Positions 44,926 to 54,955 of a DNA stretch of 64,000 nt are shown in pieces. Made by a program: the position numbers and the translations under genes. This DNA is from Thermofilaceae archaeon (GTDB lineage: Archaea; Thermoproteota; Thermoprotei; Thermofilales; Thermofilaceae), in assembly GCA_038727095.1 (NCBI GenBank), contig JAVYWK010000006.1, forward strand, positions 11,235-75,234. Direction: 5' to 3'. The notes under the pieces were generated by a model, which searched no databases, had not been told where the DNA came from, and saw nothing but the letters and a program-made list of their open reading frames with translations. Within the stretch, counting starts at the first letter, position 1. Each line of letters starts with the position of its first letter.

Positions 44926-45906
44926 CTAGACCTCCACCCCTGTTCCACGCGCGTTTAGGAACTCTTTCAGCTCAAAGCGCCTAGGCATTGCAGTTGTTGC
45001 CCCCCTCCTCGTGCACTTCATAGCGGCGACGGCGTTGGCCAGCAGTACAGCTTCCCTCAAGTCGCGCCCCTCAATCAGCCGGAAAGTGATGAAGCCGGCA
45101 GTCCAAGCGTCACCCGCGCCCGTCGTATCAACAACGTGGACTTTAAAGGCCTCTACTAACGCCTCCTCTCCCTCGCGCGAAACGACGTAAGCACCCCTCG
45201 ATCCAAGCCTGACTGCTACGTGCTCCAAGTCGGGTTTCTGCTCGAGGATAAAGGAGGTGGCTCGCCTGTAGTCCTCCGTGCCTAGCAGAGGTAGTAGCTC
45301 ATCAAAGCCGAGCGTGATCAGAGTTGCGTACTCAGCAGCTCTGAGAAATTCGCGCTTGGCTCGATCAATTTCGCCCAGCCATATATCGCTCCTGAAGTTG
45401 GGATCGAGAGATACGTGTGCCCCTTGCCTCTTTAAAACCTCCATTAGCCTAAGTACTGTTTCCGAGATTGGGGGTTGGGAGAGAGCTACCCCCGACACAT
45501 GTAGTACCTTGGCGGCTTTTACAGCCTCCCAGTCGATGTCCCTATCCTCGAGCAGGCAATCAGCCGTCCTGACCCAAGGCGCTCTGTAGAAGAAGAACTC
45601 CCGCTCTCCTTCTGGCCTGGCTATCACGAAAGCCAGGCTCGTACGAGCTTTTTTGACGGAGAGCCAGCCCGTGAAAACCCCCTCTTCACTCAAGTATCTG
45701 ATGAGCATCTCGCCGAAAGCATCGTCACCAACAGCTCCGATGAAAGCTGTTGGAACACCGAGCTTAGAAAGCCCGACAGCTACGTTGGCTGGCGCTCCGC
45801 CAAAGTGTACCTCGAGAGTTAACCCCTCCCTATAGGTCCCAACCTCGGTTGGTATGAGGTCGACAAGAATCTCCCCCGCGCAAACGGCTATCGGTTCCAC
45901 AGGCAT
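44926..45906 (-). CDS. PfkB family carbohydrate kinase (fructokinase-like)
   Basis: GEILVD, GGAPANVA, GAVGDD.FG, DPNFR and VDTTGAGDA; likely start ATG 45906. Confidence 0.92.
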   Translation of the reverse strand: MPVEPIAVCAGEILVDLIPTEVGTYREGLTLEVHFGGAPANVAVGLSKLGVPTAFIGAVGDDAFGEMLIRYLSEEGVFTGWLSVKKARTSLAFVIARPEGEREFFFYRAPWVRTADCLLEDRDIDWEAVKAAKVLHVSGVALSQPPISETVLRLMEVLKRQGAHVSLDPNFRSDIWLGEIDRAKREFLRAAEYATLITLGFDELLPLLGTEDYRRATSFILEQKPDLEHVAVRLGSRGAYVVSREGEEALVEAFKVHVVDTTGAGDAWTAGFITFRLIEGRDLREAVLLANAVAAMKCTRRGATTAMPRRFELKEFLNARGTGVEV

Positions 45907-46008
45907 GGAAAACTCTTGTAGTGTAATAAGCCTATTCAAAATCGGCGGTCGCGGCTTTGCGTAAGGTTGATATGTAGTACTTTCCAAAGATCTTTGGAAG
46001 GTGGTTCG

Positions 46009-46437
46009 ATGGTCTCCGCGCCTTGGTACCGACCGGGTTTTTCCGATGCTGCAGCGCTGCTTTCAATGATGCTCGCGACGCTCGGTATACCGCGAAGTTG
46101 TGCCAGAGTACTGGCCGTTCTCTATCTTTCGGAGAAGCCCCTCACCAGCAGGGAGCTTGCGGAACTCACTGGCTACAGCAGATCGACGATATCGGCGGCC
46201 ACTCGAATGCTCGCAAGCCGCAGGATGATACGTAAGCTGAGGCGGGGGAGGCACGACACGTACGTCGCGCATATCGGTTTATCCCAGTTACTCCTTGAGG
46301 CTCAGATTAGCCTGCTAGAGCATGTAGTGAAGAAGATCGGAGAGATCAGGTTGAAGATCAATTCAACCCTGGGCAATAAGCTCGCCGCGGTCGAACGCGA
46401 GTTGACGGACCTGATCTCTATATTCAAGGGTGAGTGA
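46009..46437 (+). CDS. GbsR/MarR-family transcription regulator
   Basis: GIPRS.ARVLAVLYL..KPLTSRELAELTGYSRSTIS. Confidence 0.82.
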   Translation: MVSAPWYRPGFSDAAALLSMMLATLGIPRSCARVLAVLYLSEKPLTSRELAELTGYSRSTISAATRMLASRRMIRKLRRGRHDTYVAHIGLSQLLLEAQISLLEHVVKKIGEIRLKINSTLGNKLAAVERELTDLISIFKGE

Positions 46438-46648
46438 AGATATGAAAGGGAGCGAGACATTTGAATTTGAAATTTCGGCAGAGGATACGCCTATAGAGAC
46501 TGCTCTAGAAAAACGGCTGAAAGCAAGTACCAATAGGAGAGTAGTTGTCAAAATCAGGGGTGGAGGAGATAGGATCTCTGTAATCGAGCGTTTGAGAGAC
46601 CTCCTGTCCGCGAACATCAGTAGGACGGTGGTCATCTATGTCGAGTAA
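46430..46648 (+). CDS. Small hypothetical protein
   Basis: 72 aa, coupled by overlaps to both neighbours. Confidence 0.55.
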   Translation: MSEDMKGSETFEFEISAEDTPIETALEKRLKASTNRRVVVKIRGGGDRISVIERLRDLLSANISRTVVIYVE

Positions 46649-48161
46649 GACAACCCCCACTTTCGATATCCTCATCACATCGGACAGGACAATGATGACG
46701 AACCACCACGGTAGGGAGTTCCTCGGTTTCGTGACAACAGGTCCTCCACTCGGGCTTCCAGAGAAGATATGGATGTGGATGTGCGCGCCCAAGCCGAAGG
46801 TCGACGAAGTTGGTAGGCCCGTCGAAGCCCCCTACGGCCTGAGAAAGGTGGAGGCTGCTCTGCTGGACGCTGGGTTCAGCGCGGCGATCATTGATCCGGA
46901 TCACTTGGCCAGACATTTACGGCATGCGAAGGTGCTGATGATAGGCCATCACGACTACTTCGCTCTCAACTCACCCAGCATCGAGTGGTGGCTCCTGACG
47001 GGCAAGGAGCCGGTCAATAGGAGGAGCTTCCTCAGGTTGATGAGGAGGCCGGAAATACGCGAGGCCAAGCGGAGAGGCCTCAAGATAATCGTGGGTGGGC
47101 CCGCGGCGTGGCAGTGGCTGTGGAATACGAGCTTCTGGCGTGAATTCGGGATTGATACTGTCGTGGATGGCGAAGCTGAGAGAGTAATAATCGAGCTGGC
47201 AGAGAAAGCTCTCGCTGGAGAGGAGCTGCCACTGTACGTTTACGTCGGCCCCCCCGATACCCCTCACATCGACGAGATCCCCGAGATCAAGGGAGCGAGC
47301 GTCAACGGGCTTGTCGAAATAATGAGGGGATGCCCAAGAAATTGCAGCTTCTGCCCAGTTACTTTAAGGCCTCTGCGCTTCTACCCCCTCGACAAGATCG
47401 AGAAGGAAATGCAAGTAAACGCACGAGCGGGCCTGAGAGGCTGCATCCTCCACTCCGAAGACGTGCTTTTGTATGGCGCTAAGGGTTTAGAACCGAACCC
47501 CGATGCTCTAATCAAACTGCACGTCCTCGCAAAGAAATACTTCAAGACGCTGGCGTGGAGCCACGTCACTCTCGCTGAGGTGAGGTACGCGCAGGAGAGA
47601 AGCAATCTAATAACGAAGCTTACAGAAGTGGTCCTGGATGAAAATCAAGATTACCTAGGCGTACAGATCGGCCTTGAAACTGGCTCCGTAAGGCTAGCGA
47701 AGGAAATCATGCCAGCTAAGGCGGCACCGTACTCTGTCGAAGAGTGGCCAGAGACGGTAGAAAGAGCGATGGCGATCCTTCACGAGCACAGAATCATCCC
47801 TGCTTTAACTTTAATCCTCGGCTTACCCAATGAAACCGAGGAGGATTTGATAGCCACAGCCGAATTGCTAGATAAGCTGAGGGATTACCGCAGCCTTATC
47901 GTACCAATGTTTTTCGTCCCACTAGGCCAGCTCAAGAGCCGCAGCTGGTTCCTCAGGGAGCACATCAAGGATGAGCACATAGAAGTAATGAGGAGGTGTT
48001 TATGGCATTCCATCAGATGGGCCGAGGACATGCTTTCCAAGTTTTACTTAAAGGGACCGCAGCATGCTCCTTTGCGACTGGTCTTAAAGCTCTTCGTATC
48101 CTATGTCAAATGGAGAGGAAGGCAGGTTGAGAAGTGGTTGAACAGCATTAGAACAGGTTAA
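46638..48161 (+). CDS. B12-binding-domain radical SAM protein
   Basis: APYGLRK, IIVGGP, VDGEAE, RGCPRNCSFC (CxxxCxxC) and GLETGS. Confidence 0.9.
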   Translation: MSSKTTPTFDILITSDRTMMTNHHGREFLGFVTTGPPLGLPEKIWMWMCAPKPKVDEVGRPVEAPYGLRKVEAALLDAGFSAAIIDPDHLARHLRHAKVLMIGHHDYFALNSPSIEWWLLTGKEPVNRRSFLRLMRRPEIREAKRRGLKIIVGGPAAWQWLWNTSFWREFGIDTVVDGEAERVIIELAEKALAGEELPLYVYVGPPDTPHIDEIPEIKGASVNGLVEIMRGCPRNCSFCPVTLRPLRFYPLDKIEKEMQVNARAGLRGCILHSEDVLLYGAKGLEPNPDALIKLHVLAKKYFKTLAWSHVTLAEVRYAQERSNLITKLTEVVLDENQDYLGVQIGLETGSVRLAKEIMPAKAAPYSVEEWPETVERAMAILHEHRIIPALTLILGLPNETEEDLIATAELLDKLRDYRSLIVPMFFVPLGQLKSRSWFLREHIKDEHIEVMRRCLWHSIRWAEDMLSKFYLKGPQHAPLRLVLKLFVSYVKWRGRQVEKWLNSIRTG

Positions 48162-48178
48162 ACAGGCGTGAAAGTGTT

Positions 48179-49579
48179 TCAAAGCAGCTTAAGGATTCCA
48201 GCAGGGTACGTACCCAGCGCGATTAAAAGGGTAGAAAACAAAAGCAAGGCTAAGGTGGTGCTACACCATTCCTCCTTTAACACGATTCTGGGGCTTCCAA
48301 AAAAGACCCTCTTAAACAACCAGAGGCTATAGGCCGAGCACAGAACAAGCGCTAGAGCTACAGCTAGCATCAATGCGATTCCCTCTATACCAGTGCCCAT
48401 TGATGAAGCTACGCCGGCCAAAATCGCAACCTCGGCCCAGAATCCCAGTGTAGGAGGCAATCCTGCAAGCGAGAGAACCGCGATCAGAACTCCAATGGCG
48501 GATTTAGAAGCTGAGGAGGCTAAACCACCCAGCTGTGTTATCGATCTTACTTCAAGCTCCTCCTCAAAGTACCCGAAAGCAAGGAGGAGCGAGTTCTTTG
48601 CTAGTGCGTGCTCGATTGAGAGAAGGACCACTCCCGCCAAACCGGCTTTGCCGCAGGCCGTTGAAACGAGAAAGAGCCCACCTCCCCCGATGGAGGCGTA
48701 AGCTAACAGCTTCCTATAGTCGATCTGGGCTAGCGCAATCAAACTACCGTAAACCGCCGTGAGGATGCCTAGCATGACAAGGGGAAAAACTGCGTCCAGT
48801 GTACTGAAGACGTGAGGCCATATGACCAGCAGCCTTGCTACAGCCCATCCCGCTACACCCTCAGCGGCCATCATAACTCCGGTCAGCGGCTGTGGGGCTA
48901 CTGAGTAGACGTCTGGCAGCCAAATGTGCAGAGGAAAGACCGCTAACTTAACGAGGGGGGCGGCGAGCAGCAACGCTAGCAGGTTCGCGGCCTCTTGGGG
49001 GGTGACAGTTGCTGAACTTAATCGATCAAACCTGAAGGTGCCGAATTCATCGTACACTAACGCTAATCCGAGCAGGGTTACGAGAGCCCCAGTTTCCGTG
49101 AACAGCAGGTACTTGCTAGCAGCTTCTCCCGCTCGATGACCCCCAGTCAACAATAGGAGGAGCCACGACGACAGAAGGTACGCTTCGAATAGCAAGAAAA
49201 AGGTTGTTAGAGAACCGGACAAGGGTGTCGCGAGCAAAGCTGCAGAAGAGATCAGGTAGAGGGCGTAGTAGAACCTAGGGTCTACGCTCCTAGCTCTACG
49301 CCGCATAAAGTACGGTGAGACTGCCGCTTGCGCAGCACATATCACAGATGTAAATGTAGCGAAGAGCAAGTTGAAGCCGCTACCCTCGAGGACTATTAAA
49401 TCCAGAGCTCGTTCAATGGGGTACTCCTCAACGGGCCTCTGAATAATGGCCAGGAGCAGGAGAAAGGAGCTTAGAATTAAGGCTGCAGCTGCAACAATAG
49501 ATGAAAACCTCCAAGTCTTAGCAACCAGTACAGGTGCGATAGCGATTAGGGGTGCTAACAAGGTTAGGGAGAGCAGCAC
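48179..49579 (-). CDS. Antiporter-like subunit (NuoM/MrpD-like) of membrane-bound hydrogenase
   Basis: FFLLFE, K..VFPLHIWLPD, KLLAYAS and AGLPP..GF.AE. Confidence 0.88.
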   Translation of the reverse strand: MLLSLTLLAPLIAIAPVLVAKTWRFSSIVAAAALILSSFLLLLAIIQRPVEEYPIERALDLIVLEGSGFNLLFATFTSVICAAQAAVSPYFMRRRARSVDPRFYYALYLISSAALLATPLSGSLTTFFLLFEAYLLSSWLLLLLTGGHRAGEAASKYLLFTETGALVTLLGLALVYDEFGTFRFDRLSSATVTPQEAANLLALLLAAPLVKLAVFPLHIWLPDVYSVAPQPLTGVMMAAEGVAGWAVARLLVIWPHVFSTLDAVFPLVMLGILTAVYGSLIALAQIDYRKLLAYASIGGGGLFLVSTACGKAGLAGVVLLSIEHALAKNSLLLAFGYFEEELEVRSITQLGGLASSASKSAIGVLIAVLSLAGLPPTLGFWAEVAILAGVASSMGTGIEGIALMLAVALALVLCSAYSLWLFKRVFFGSPRIVLKEEWCSTTLALLLFSTLLIALGTYPAGILKLL

Positions 49580-51436
49580 CTACCTACCACCCGCTAGAAA
49601 AAGGGAAAGCAACGCTAAAAGTGCTAGAATCCACAAAAGCTCCCTAAGGTTGATAACGCCCACTTGCACTCTAGCTACTTTACTGAAGCCCTCCACAAAG
49701 AAGCGGACGCTAAGCTTTATCACCCGGTTGTACGAATCCTCAAAAACCCGCGCGGCTTCCGCTAGAGACAAAGTACAATTCGAAATGTAGTAGTAGAGGG
49801 CGTTAATATAGAACCTCCTCTTTAAGACTTTCAGCACGATAGTAGGTAGAGGTGCAACTACGTGCCCTCTGTACACTAGGAAAGCAGTTGCGGTCCCAAT
49901 TGCCGCGGAAGCAAGGCTCAAGGCGCTGGTAAAGATCTGCTGGCTTGGGACGCTCTCGTTAAATGTTAAACCGAAGAAAACTCCAAGCGTTAGGCCGGTT
50001 AATGCTAGCATTAAGCAGGGGATGATTTCCAGAGGAGCGTCCGATCGATCCTCACATTGCTTACCTCTAGCTAACAGCATTAGCATTCGAACTGTGTAGA
50101 AGGCTGTAATAGCGGTCGTGAGGAGGGTGAGTGTGAACAAGATAGAGTACCGGGATAGAAGAAGAAGCACCTGCTCTTTGCTCCAGTACCCGGCAAAGGG
50201 TGGAATTCCTATGAGAGAAAGGGCGGACAAAAGCATCGCTGCGTACGCGAGTTTATGCTTCCCATTCGAGCAAAAAAGATCCTTGTAGAACCTCGACCCC
50301 TCTGCGTGTATTACTACGCCAGCTGCGAGAAATAATGACGATTTGAAGAAAGCATGGCTAACTGCATGCATCACAGCGGCAGGAACGGCTCTCCCTCCGT
50401 AGTACCAGCTCGTTCCTAGAGCTGCCATCATGTATCCAATCTGGCTAGCCGTTGAGTAAGCCAGTGTTTTCTTCAACTCGCTCGTTGTACTCGCCTGGAG
50501 CGCAGCCAGCAGAGAGGTGATAGCACCGCTCCATGTTACGAGGTAAAAGAACAACCGAGCATCGACAGCTGAACTCCAAGCTAGAGCGAGCTGCGAAAGT
50601 CGGGCTACGAGGTATACGCCCGCTTTCACCATTGTTGCTGCGTGCATCAGCGCGCTTACGCCGCTAGGTCCCGCCATAGCGTCTGGTAACCACTCGAGGA
50701 ACGGTACCTGTGCGCTCTTACCCATCGCCCCGATGGCCATTAGCACGAGGGACAAAAGTAGAGCATCCCTAACCGCTGAAGGTGCTCCGGAGCAGAGCTT
50801 CATGATAGACGACGACCCCGTAGCCGTTACCATTATGATTACTCCAACGATCATAAACGCGTCAGCGAATCTCGTTGTAAGGAAAGCCTTGAGCCCACAG
50901 TGAGAGGGTGTATACTCCTCCGGAGGTTCTCCAACCCACTGTGTTAGACGCGAGGACTCGCTATCTTGGTACCAATAGCTTATGAGAAGAAAACTGCATA
51001 TGCTCACGATCTCCCAGCAAAAGAAAAGGAGCAAAATGTCTCCCGAAAGTACCAGCAGCTCCATGCTACCAAGGAAGAGCATGAGCAGTAGGTAGTACCT
51101 CGTCACCCCGGGATCTCCGCTCATGTAGCTAACTGAGTACACAAGCACGGCTAGCGATACCCACGATACAATATTCATGAAAGTCAGGCTCAAACCATCT
51201 ACTAGTAAGCTGAAGCTTAAGTTACCTATCCCAGGCACTTTTACCCACTCAACGGACAACGAGCCAATCGGGCCGGAAGCCGCGAGAAAGCTAGTTAAAG
51301 CGGCAACAATGAGACCCACGGCTACCATTGACGCATCCCTGAGCCTACCATCTACCTTCGCAAGAAGTGGAATTAGGATGGCTGCTATTACTGGTAGGGC
51401 CCAGACAGCGTTAACAAGAACAAACATGTGATTCAC
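49580..51436 (-). CDS. Antiporter-like subunit (NuoL/MrpA-like) of membrane-bound hydrogenase
   Basis: WE..S..SFLLI, GKSAQ.P...WLPDAM.GP..VSAL.HAATMV.AG and GIPPFAGYWSKE. Confidence 0.92.
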   Translation of the reverse strand: MNHMFVLVNAVWALPVIAAILIPLLAKVDGRLRDASMVAVGLIVAALTSFLAASGPIGSLSVEWVKVPGIGNLSFSLLVDGLSLTFMNIVSWVSLAVLVYSVSYMSGDPGVTRYYLLLMLFLGSMELLVLSGDILLLFFCWEIVSICSFLLISYWYQDSESSRLTQWVGEPPEEYTPSHCGLKAFLTTRFADAFMIVGVIIMVTATGSSSIMKLCSGAPSAVRDALLLSLVLMAIGAMGKSAQVPFLEWLPDAMAGPSGVSALMHAATMVKAGVYLVARLSQLALAWSSAVDARLFFYLVTWSGAITSLLAALQASTTSELKKTLAYSTASQIGYMMAALGTSWYYGGRAVPAAVMHAVSHAFFKSSLFLAAGVVIHAEGSRFYKDLFCSNGKHKLAYAAMLLSALSLIGIPPFAGYWSKEQVLLLLSRYSILFTLTLLTTAITAFYTVRMLMLLARGKQCEDRSDAPLEIIPCLMLALTGLTLGVFFGLTFNESVPSQQIFTSALSLASAAIGTATAFLVYRGHVVAPLPTIVLKVLKRRFYINALYYYISNCTLSLAEAARVFEDSYNRVIKLSVRFFVEGFSKVARVQVGVINLRELLWILALLALLSLFLAGGR

Positions 51437-52905
51437 CCTATAATCCTACTTACTGCGGTACGTATCCCCTCGACTAGGGGGCTTGGGTAAACGCTGAGCG
51501 CCACGATAATCGCCGCTATCGAGAGCTCAGCTGTTAGCATCGGGAGGGGGGCTTCGTGAAGCGAGGGGGCGTGCTTCCGGAAGATCCTGAAAGCGAGGTG
51601 AGCATAGACGCCTATTGCTAGGGCGTAACTGACCATGTATACGGCTAGAGCCGCTATTACTGCTGGATCGGAGAGCCTGTAAGCCAAACCCGCTATTGTG
51701 AAGGTTTTACCGTAGTAGCTGACCATGGGAGGTATTCCAAGCAGATTTGCTAACGCCACGAGCGAGGCGGCTCCAGTAAAGGGCATGCTGCGACCAAAAC
51801 CCTCCAGACTCGCTAGACGCCTACTCCCCGTCGCTTCAATAGCGCAACCAACGCTCATGAAGAGGAGGCTCTTGCTTAGAGAGTGCGCCACCATTTGAAC
51901 AAAAGCCCCAGTCGCCGCTACGAGAGCTAATTCCTGAGCGCCGAGAAAGCGGGCTCTATAACATGTACCTAAGCCCAGCATTATGTAGCCTAAATTGGCT
52001 ATGGTGGAGTAAGCCAAGAGCCTTTTTACGTCCAACTGGGCCAGCGCAGCCGCGCTACCGACTAAACCTGAAATTGCTCCTAGAGTTATCAAGACGTACC
52101 CCAATTCGGGCAAGAGCGGCATAACGTTAAACAGGATTCTGGCCAACATAACCAATGGGATGTTAACGATAACCCCCGATAGCATCGAGCTGACGGGGCT
52201 TGGTGCTGCTGCGTGAGCATCAGGAAGCCACATGTGGAAGGGAACGACGGCTGCTGTCGTACCCAACCCGACAATGAACAGAAGGGATGCTGCAGCTACT
52301 ACCAATCTTGGAGGCTGGTTCGTTCCGATGATTGCGCGTATCTCGTCTAGGTTCGTCGTGCCGCAGAAACCATAGATTATAGCCGTGGCGTAGAGAGTCG
52401 TAAGTGCCCCAAGCGTGCAGGCGACAAGGTACTTGAAAGCTGCTTCAACCGGCTCCCAGTACCACCATCTATAAGCTACGAGTGAGTACGCAGATGCAGC
52501 AGCCAACTCCCAGAAGCAGAAAAAGGTGAAGAGATCGTTTGAGAATAGGGCTCCCGTGAGGCCGGCCATCAGGAGCAGAAATAGGGTGTAGTAAGCTGCC
52601 CTACGTTCCTCCCTTATGTAGGGTAGCGAGTAAAAAGCGGCCGATAAACCGATTGCGGTGAAAATTAGAGCTAATGAGCGTGAGAGAGCATCGGCTTTGA
52701 ACTCGGAGGGAGGGAGGCTGCTGCTCGTTAGCGGCTTATAGACACCTTCCTGCAGGAAGGGTAGAGCAACTAGAACAACACCTAACCCAAGCACAGCGAA
52801 AAGTCCCACAATGTTGTACCGTCGGAAACGCTCATCGATCCTGTTGAAAATTACGGTTAAGAGGGCTACAAGGAAGTAGATGGCCAAGATCTCCTGAGGT
52901 CCCAC
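51433..52905 (-). CDS. Antiporter-like subunit (NuoN/MrpD-like) of membrane-bound hydrogenase
   Basis: DLFTFF.FWEL, EAAFKYL, PFHMWLPDAH..APSPVS..LSG and KRLLAYST. Confidence 0.88.
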   Translation of the reverse strand: MGPQEILAIYFLVALLTVIFNRIDERFRRYNIVGLFAVLGLGVVLVALPFLQEGVYKPLTSSSLPPSEFKADALSRSLALIFTAIGLSAAFYSLPYIREERRAAYYTLFLLLMAGLTGALFSNDLFTFFCFWELAAASAYSLVAYRWWYWEPVEAAFKYLVACTLGALTTLYATAIIYGFCGTTNLDEIRAIIGTNQPPRLVVAAASLLFIVGLGTTAAVVPFHMWLPDAHAAAPSPVSSMLSGVIVNIPLVMLARILFNVMPLLPELGYVLITLGAISGLVGSAAALAQLDVKRLLAYSTIANLGYIMLGLGTCYRARFLGAQELALVAATGAFVQMVAHSLSKSLLFMSVGCAIEATGSRRLASLEGFGRSMPFTGAASLVALANLLGIPPMVSYYGKTFTIAGLAYRLSDPAVIAALAVYMVSYALAIGVYAHLAFRIFRKHAPSLHEAPLPMLTAELSIAAIIVALSVYPSPLVEGIRTAVSRIIG

Positions 52906-52906
52906 A

Positions 52907-53215
52907 CTACCACCTTAATCTAGCGATCTTCGAAGAATCGAGGGTGCCGTAATGCCTGTAGAGAACCACCACTAAGCTGAGCGCTAGGGCAAGCAGTGCT
53001 GCACTCACCGCCATGTTTAGTGCAACGTAGATTTGCGCCAGCGAATCCAAGCCGTTCCCCTTCATTCCCATTCCTAAGAAGTTAACATTAACAGCGGTTG
53101 CGACTATCTCAAGCCCCATGACGATTTTTATCAGGTTACGCTTCGCTGCCATGCAGTACAACCCCACTGCCATCAGTGCCGCGGCGGTTACCGTGTAGGC
53201 GTTGATGACCGCCAT
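52907..53215 (-). CDS. NuoK/MrpC-like subunit
   Basis: GLY....RNLIK..MGLEI; three TMs; ...LRW C-terminus. Confidence 0.88.
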   Translation of the reverse strand: MAVINAYTVTAAALMAVGLYCMAAKRNLIKIVMGLEIVATAVNVNFLGMGMKGNGLDSLAQIYVALNMAVSAALLALALSLVVVLYRHYGTLDSSKIARLRW

Positions 53216-53445
53216 CTCTCTCCCACCTCAGATAGCAGGTGTAGGAGGGCCACTATAACGGCGACGAGAAGCAGGAGCTGCGCGAACATGTCAGCCCACC
53301 TCGCCGTCCACAGAAGTGCAAGTGGTTGCTCCCTGGCTTCAGTCCACGTGGGCTTCAACTCCCGCTCTACCGCCAGCAAAGTGAGCGCCACAGCGATTGT
53401 AATGACGGCTATGGCGAGGGGGACGAGCCTACTCACCGCTCTCAC
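53188..53445 (-). CDS. Small membrane subunit (C-terminal half of NuoJ / MbhE-like)
   Basis: Two TMs with LW..R..D...Q..LL; position between the NuoJ-N and NuoK homologues. Confidence 0.6.
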   Translation of the reverse strand: MRAVSRLVPLAIAVITIAVALTLLAVERELKPTWTEAREQPLALLWTARWADMFAQLLLLVAVIVALLHLLSEVGERWRSSTPTR

Positions 53446-53665
53446 CTCCTGTGTGCAACACAGATAGCATTAAAGCCGTCATCGCACCGCCGTAAACGCT
53501 TAGCTGAAAAACGGCTAGCAGCCACGCCCCGGCTAGGTAATGGGCAATAGCTACCATCACGCTCATAGCTGCTAGCGCAAGCACCGCTCTCACCAGGTTC
53601 TTCACTTCCACAGCAATAACAGCCGCTGCAATGCTCGCTGCTAGCACTAACCAAATTGCGTTCAT
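53429..53665 (-). CDS. Small membrane subunit (N-terminal half of NuoJ / MbhD-like)
   Basis: NLVRAVL.L...A..LAVFQL.VY.GA motif. Confidence 0.78.
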   Translation of the reverse strand: MNAIWLVLAASIAAAVIAVEVKNLVRAVLALAAMSVMVAIAHYLAGAWLLAVFQLSVYGGAMTALMLSVLHTGGESGE

Positions 53666-53991
53666 TTCACCACCAGCTCAGATTTATCAGAGACCACTGA
53701 CGCTTGTTCACTGCTACCCTTAATTGCCTTTCGCGGGCAAACTTCAACGCAAAGGCAGCAGAAGGTGCACTTATCGATGTAGAACACAGGCCTCAACCCC
53801 TTTTCGTCCTTAATGGGTTCAATGGCTGCTGAAGGGCATGCCCTCCAGCAAAGCCCGCATCCCACGCATAGGTCCCTGACGAATAACAGCCTACCTCTAC
53901 TGGATTCCGGTAGCGCTCTTCTCTCATCGGGGTACATGATAGTTGCTCTTCTTCTCAGCAAGTTTTTCAACAGCTCAAGGGAGATCGCCAT
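53662..53991 (-). CDS. NuoI-like 2x[4Fe-4S] ferredoxin subunit
   Basis: T..YP, CVGCGLC...CP and CTFCCLC...CP. Confidence 0.9.
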   Translation of the reverse strand: MAISLELLKNLLRRRATIMYPDERRALPESSRGRLLFVRDLCVGCGLCWRACPSAAIEPIKDEKGLRPVFYIDKCTFCCLCVEVCPRKAIKGSSEQASVVSDKSELVVK

Positions 53992-53992
53992 G

Positions 53993-54955
53993 CTAAGCCA
54001 CCAGAGCTGCGATGACAAGGTACAGGAATGAAGCCGGTATTAGTGCGCGCCATCCCACCCCTATGAACTGGTCAATCCTCAACCTCCCGAAGGAGGCGCG
54101 GATTAGCGATAGAATGAAGACCACGAGAAGCTGTTTGATGAGGAAAACCGGCGTTGCAATGGCTAGTTCGAAACCCTGCAGTGGGACGTTAGGCCCACCT
54201 CCAATGAAAAGTGCCACAGCTAAACCTGTCAGTAGAACCAACTCTATATCCTTCGAGAGCCGGAAAATGGCGAGCCTCCAGCCCGAGTACTCGACAAGCC
54301 ATCCTGAAACGATTTCAGTCTCAGCCTCTGGGATATCGAAAGGCTGCCTATCGAGCTCCGCCTGCGCTGCCACGAGATACACGAGGAAGCCTAGGGCGTG
54401 AATCCCGAGTAAGCGCGGCTGAGCCTTGGCTGCGATCTCGCTGATCCTAAAGCTCCCCGAGGAAGCTGCAACGCTGAGGCACGACAGCATCAGAGGTATC
54501 TCGAAGCCGAGGAGCATGAGCGCTGCTCGTGTAGCACCAATCAGCGAGAACCTGCTCGATGAAGATGCTCCCGCCGTGTAGATGACCAGTAGGTAAAGGG
54601 TGAGGAGGGCAAGTACGAGGATGACGTCTCCTTCAAGCGAGACGAGACCCCTGTAGCCCAGCAAAGGTACGAAAGCGGTCGCAGTGCAGATTATTGTGAA
54701 AGCCAGCAGGGGGGACAGCGTGAACATTAGCCTATCAGTACCCTCCGGCACTACGCTCTCCTTCGATAGGAGTTTAAGAACGTCTGCGAGGGGTTGGAGA
54801 ATGCCGGCGGGGCCTGTGTAGTGTGGTCCTACCCTATTCTGGAACTTTGCTATCAGTTTTCTGTCAAACCACTCGAGGAGCAGTGCCAGCAGCAGGGTGT
54901 AGAGCAGGTACGCCAACGCTTGAACGAACCTTAAGAGAGGCTCTAGCACAATCAC
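53993..54955 (-). CDS. NuoH-like membrane subunit
   Basis: RK..A..Q.RVGP, QPLAD.LKL..KE and R.PFDIPEAE.E.V.G...EYSG. Confidence 0.92.
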   Translation of the reverse strand: MIVLEPLLRFVQALAYLLYTLLLALLLEWFDRKLIAKFQNRVGPHYTGPAGILQPLADVLKLLSKESVVPEGTDRLMFTLSPLLAFTIICTATAFVPLLGYRGLVSLEGDVILVLALLTLYLLVIYTAGASSSSRFSLIGATRAALMLLGFEIPLMLSCLSVAASSGSFRISEIAAKAQPRLLGIHALGFLVYLVAAQAELDRQPFDIPEAETEIVSGWLVEYSGWRLAIFRLSKDIELVLLTGLAVALFIGGGPNVPLQGFELAIATPVFLIKQLLVVFILSLIRASFGRLRIDQFIGVGWRALIPASFLYLVIAALVA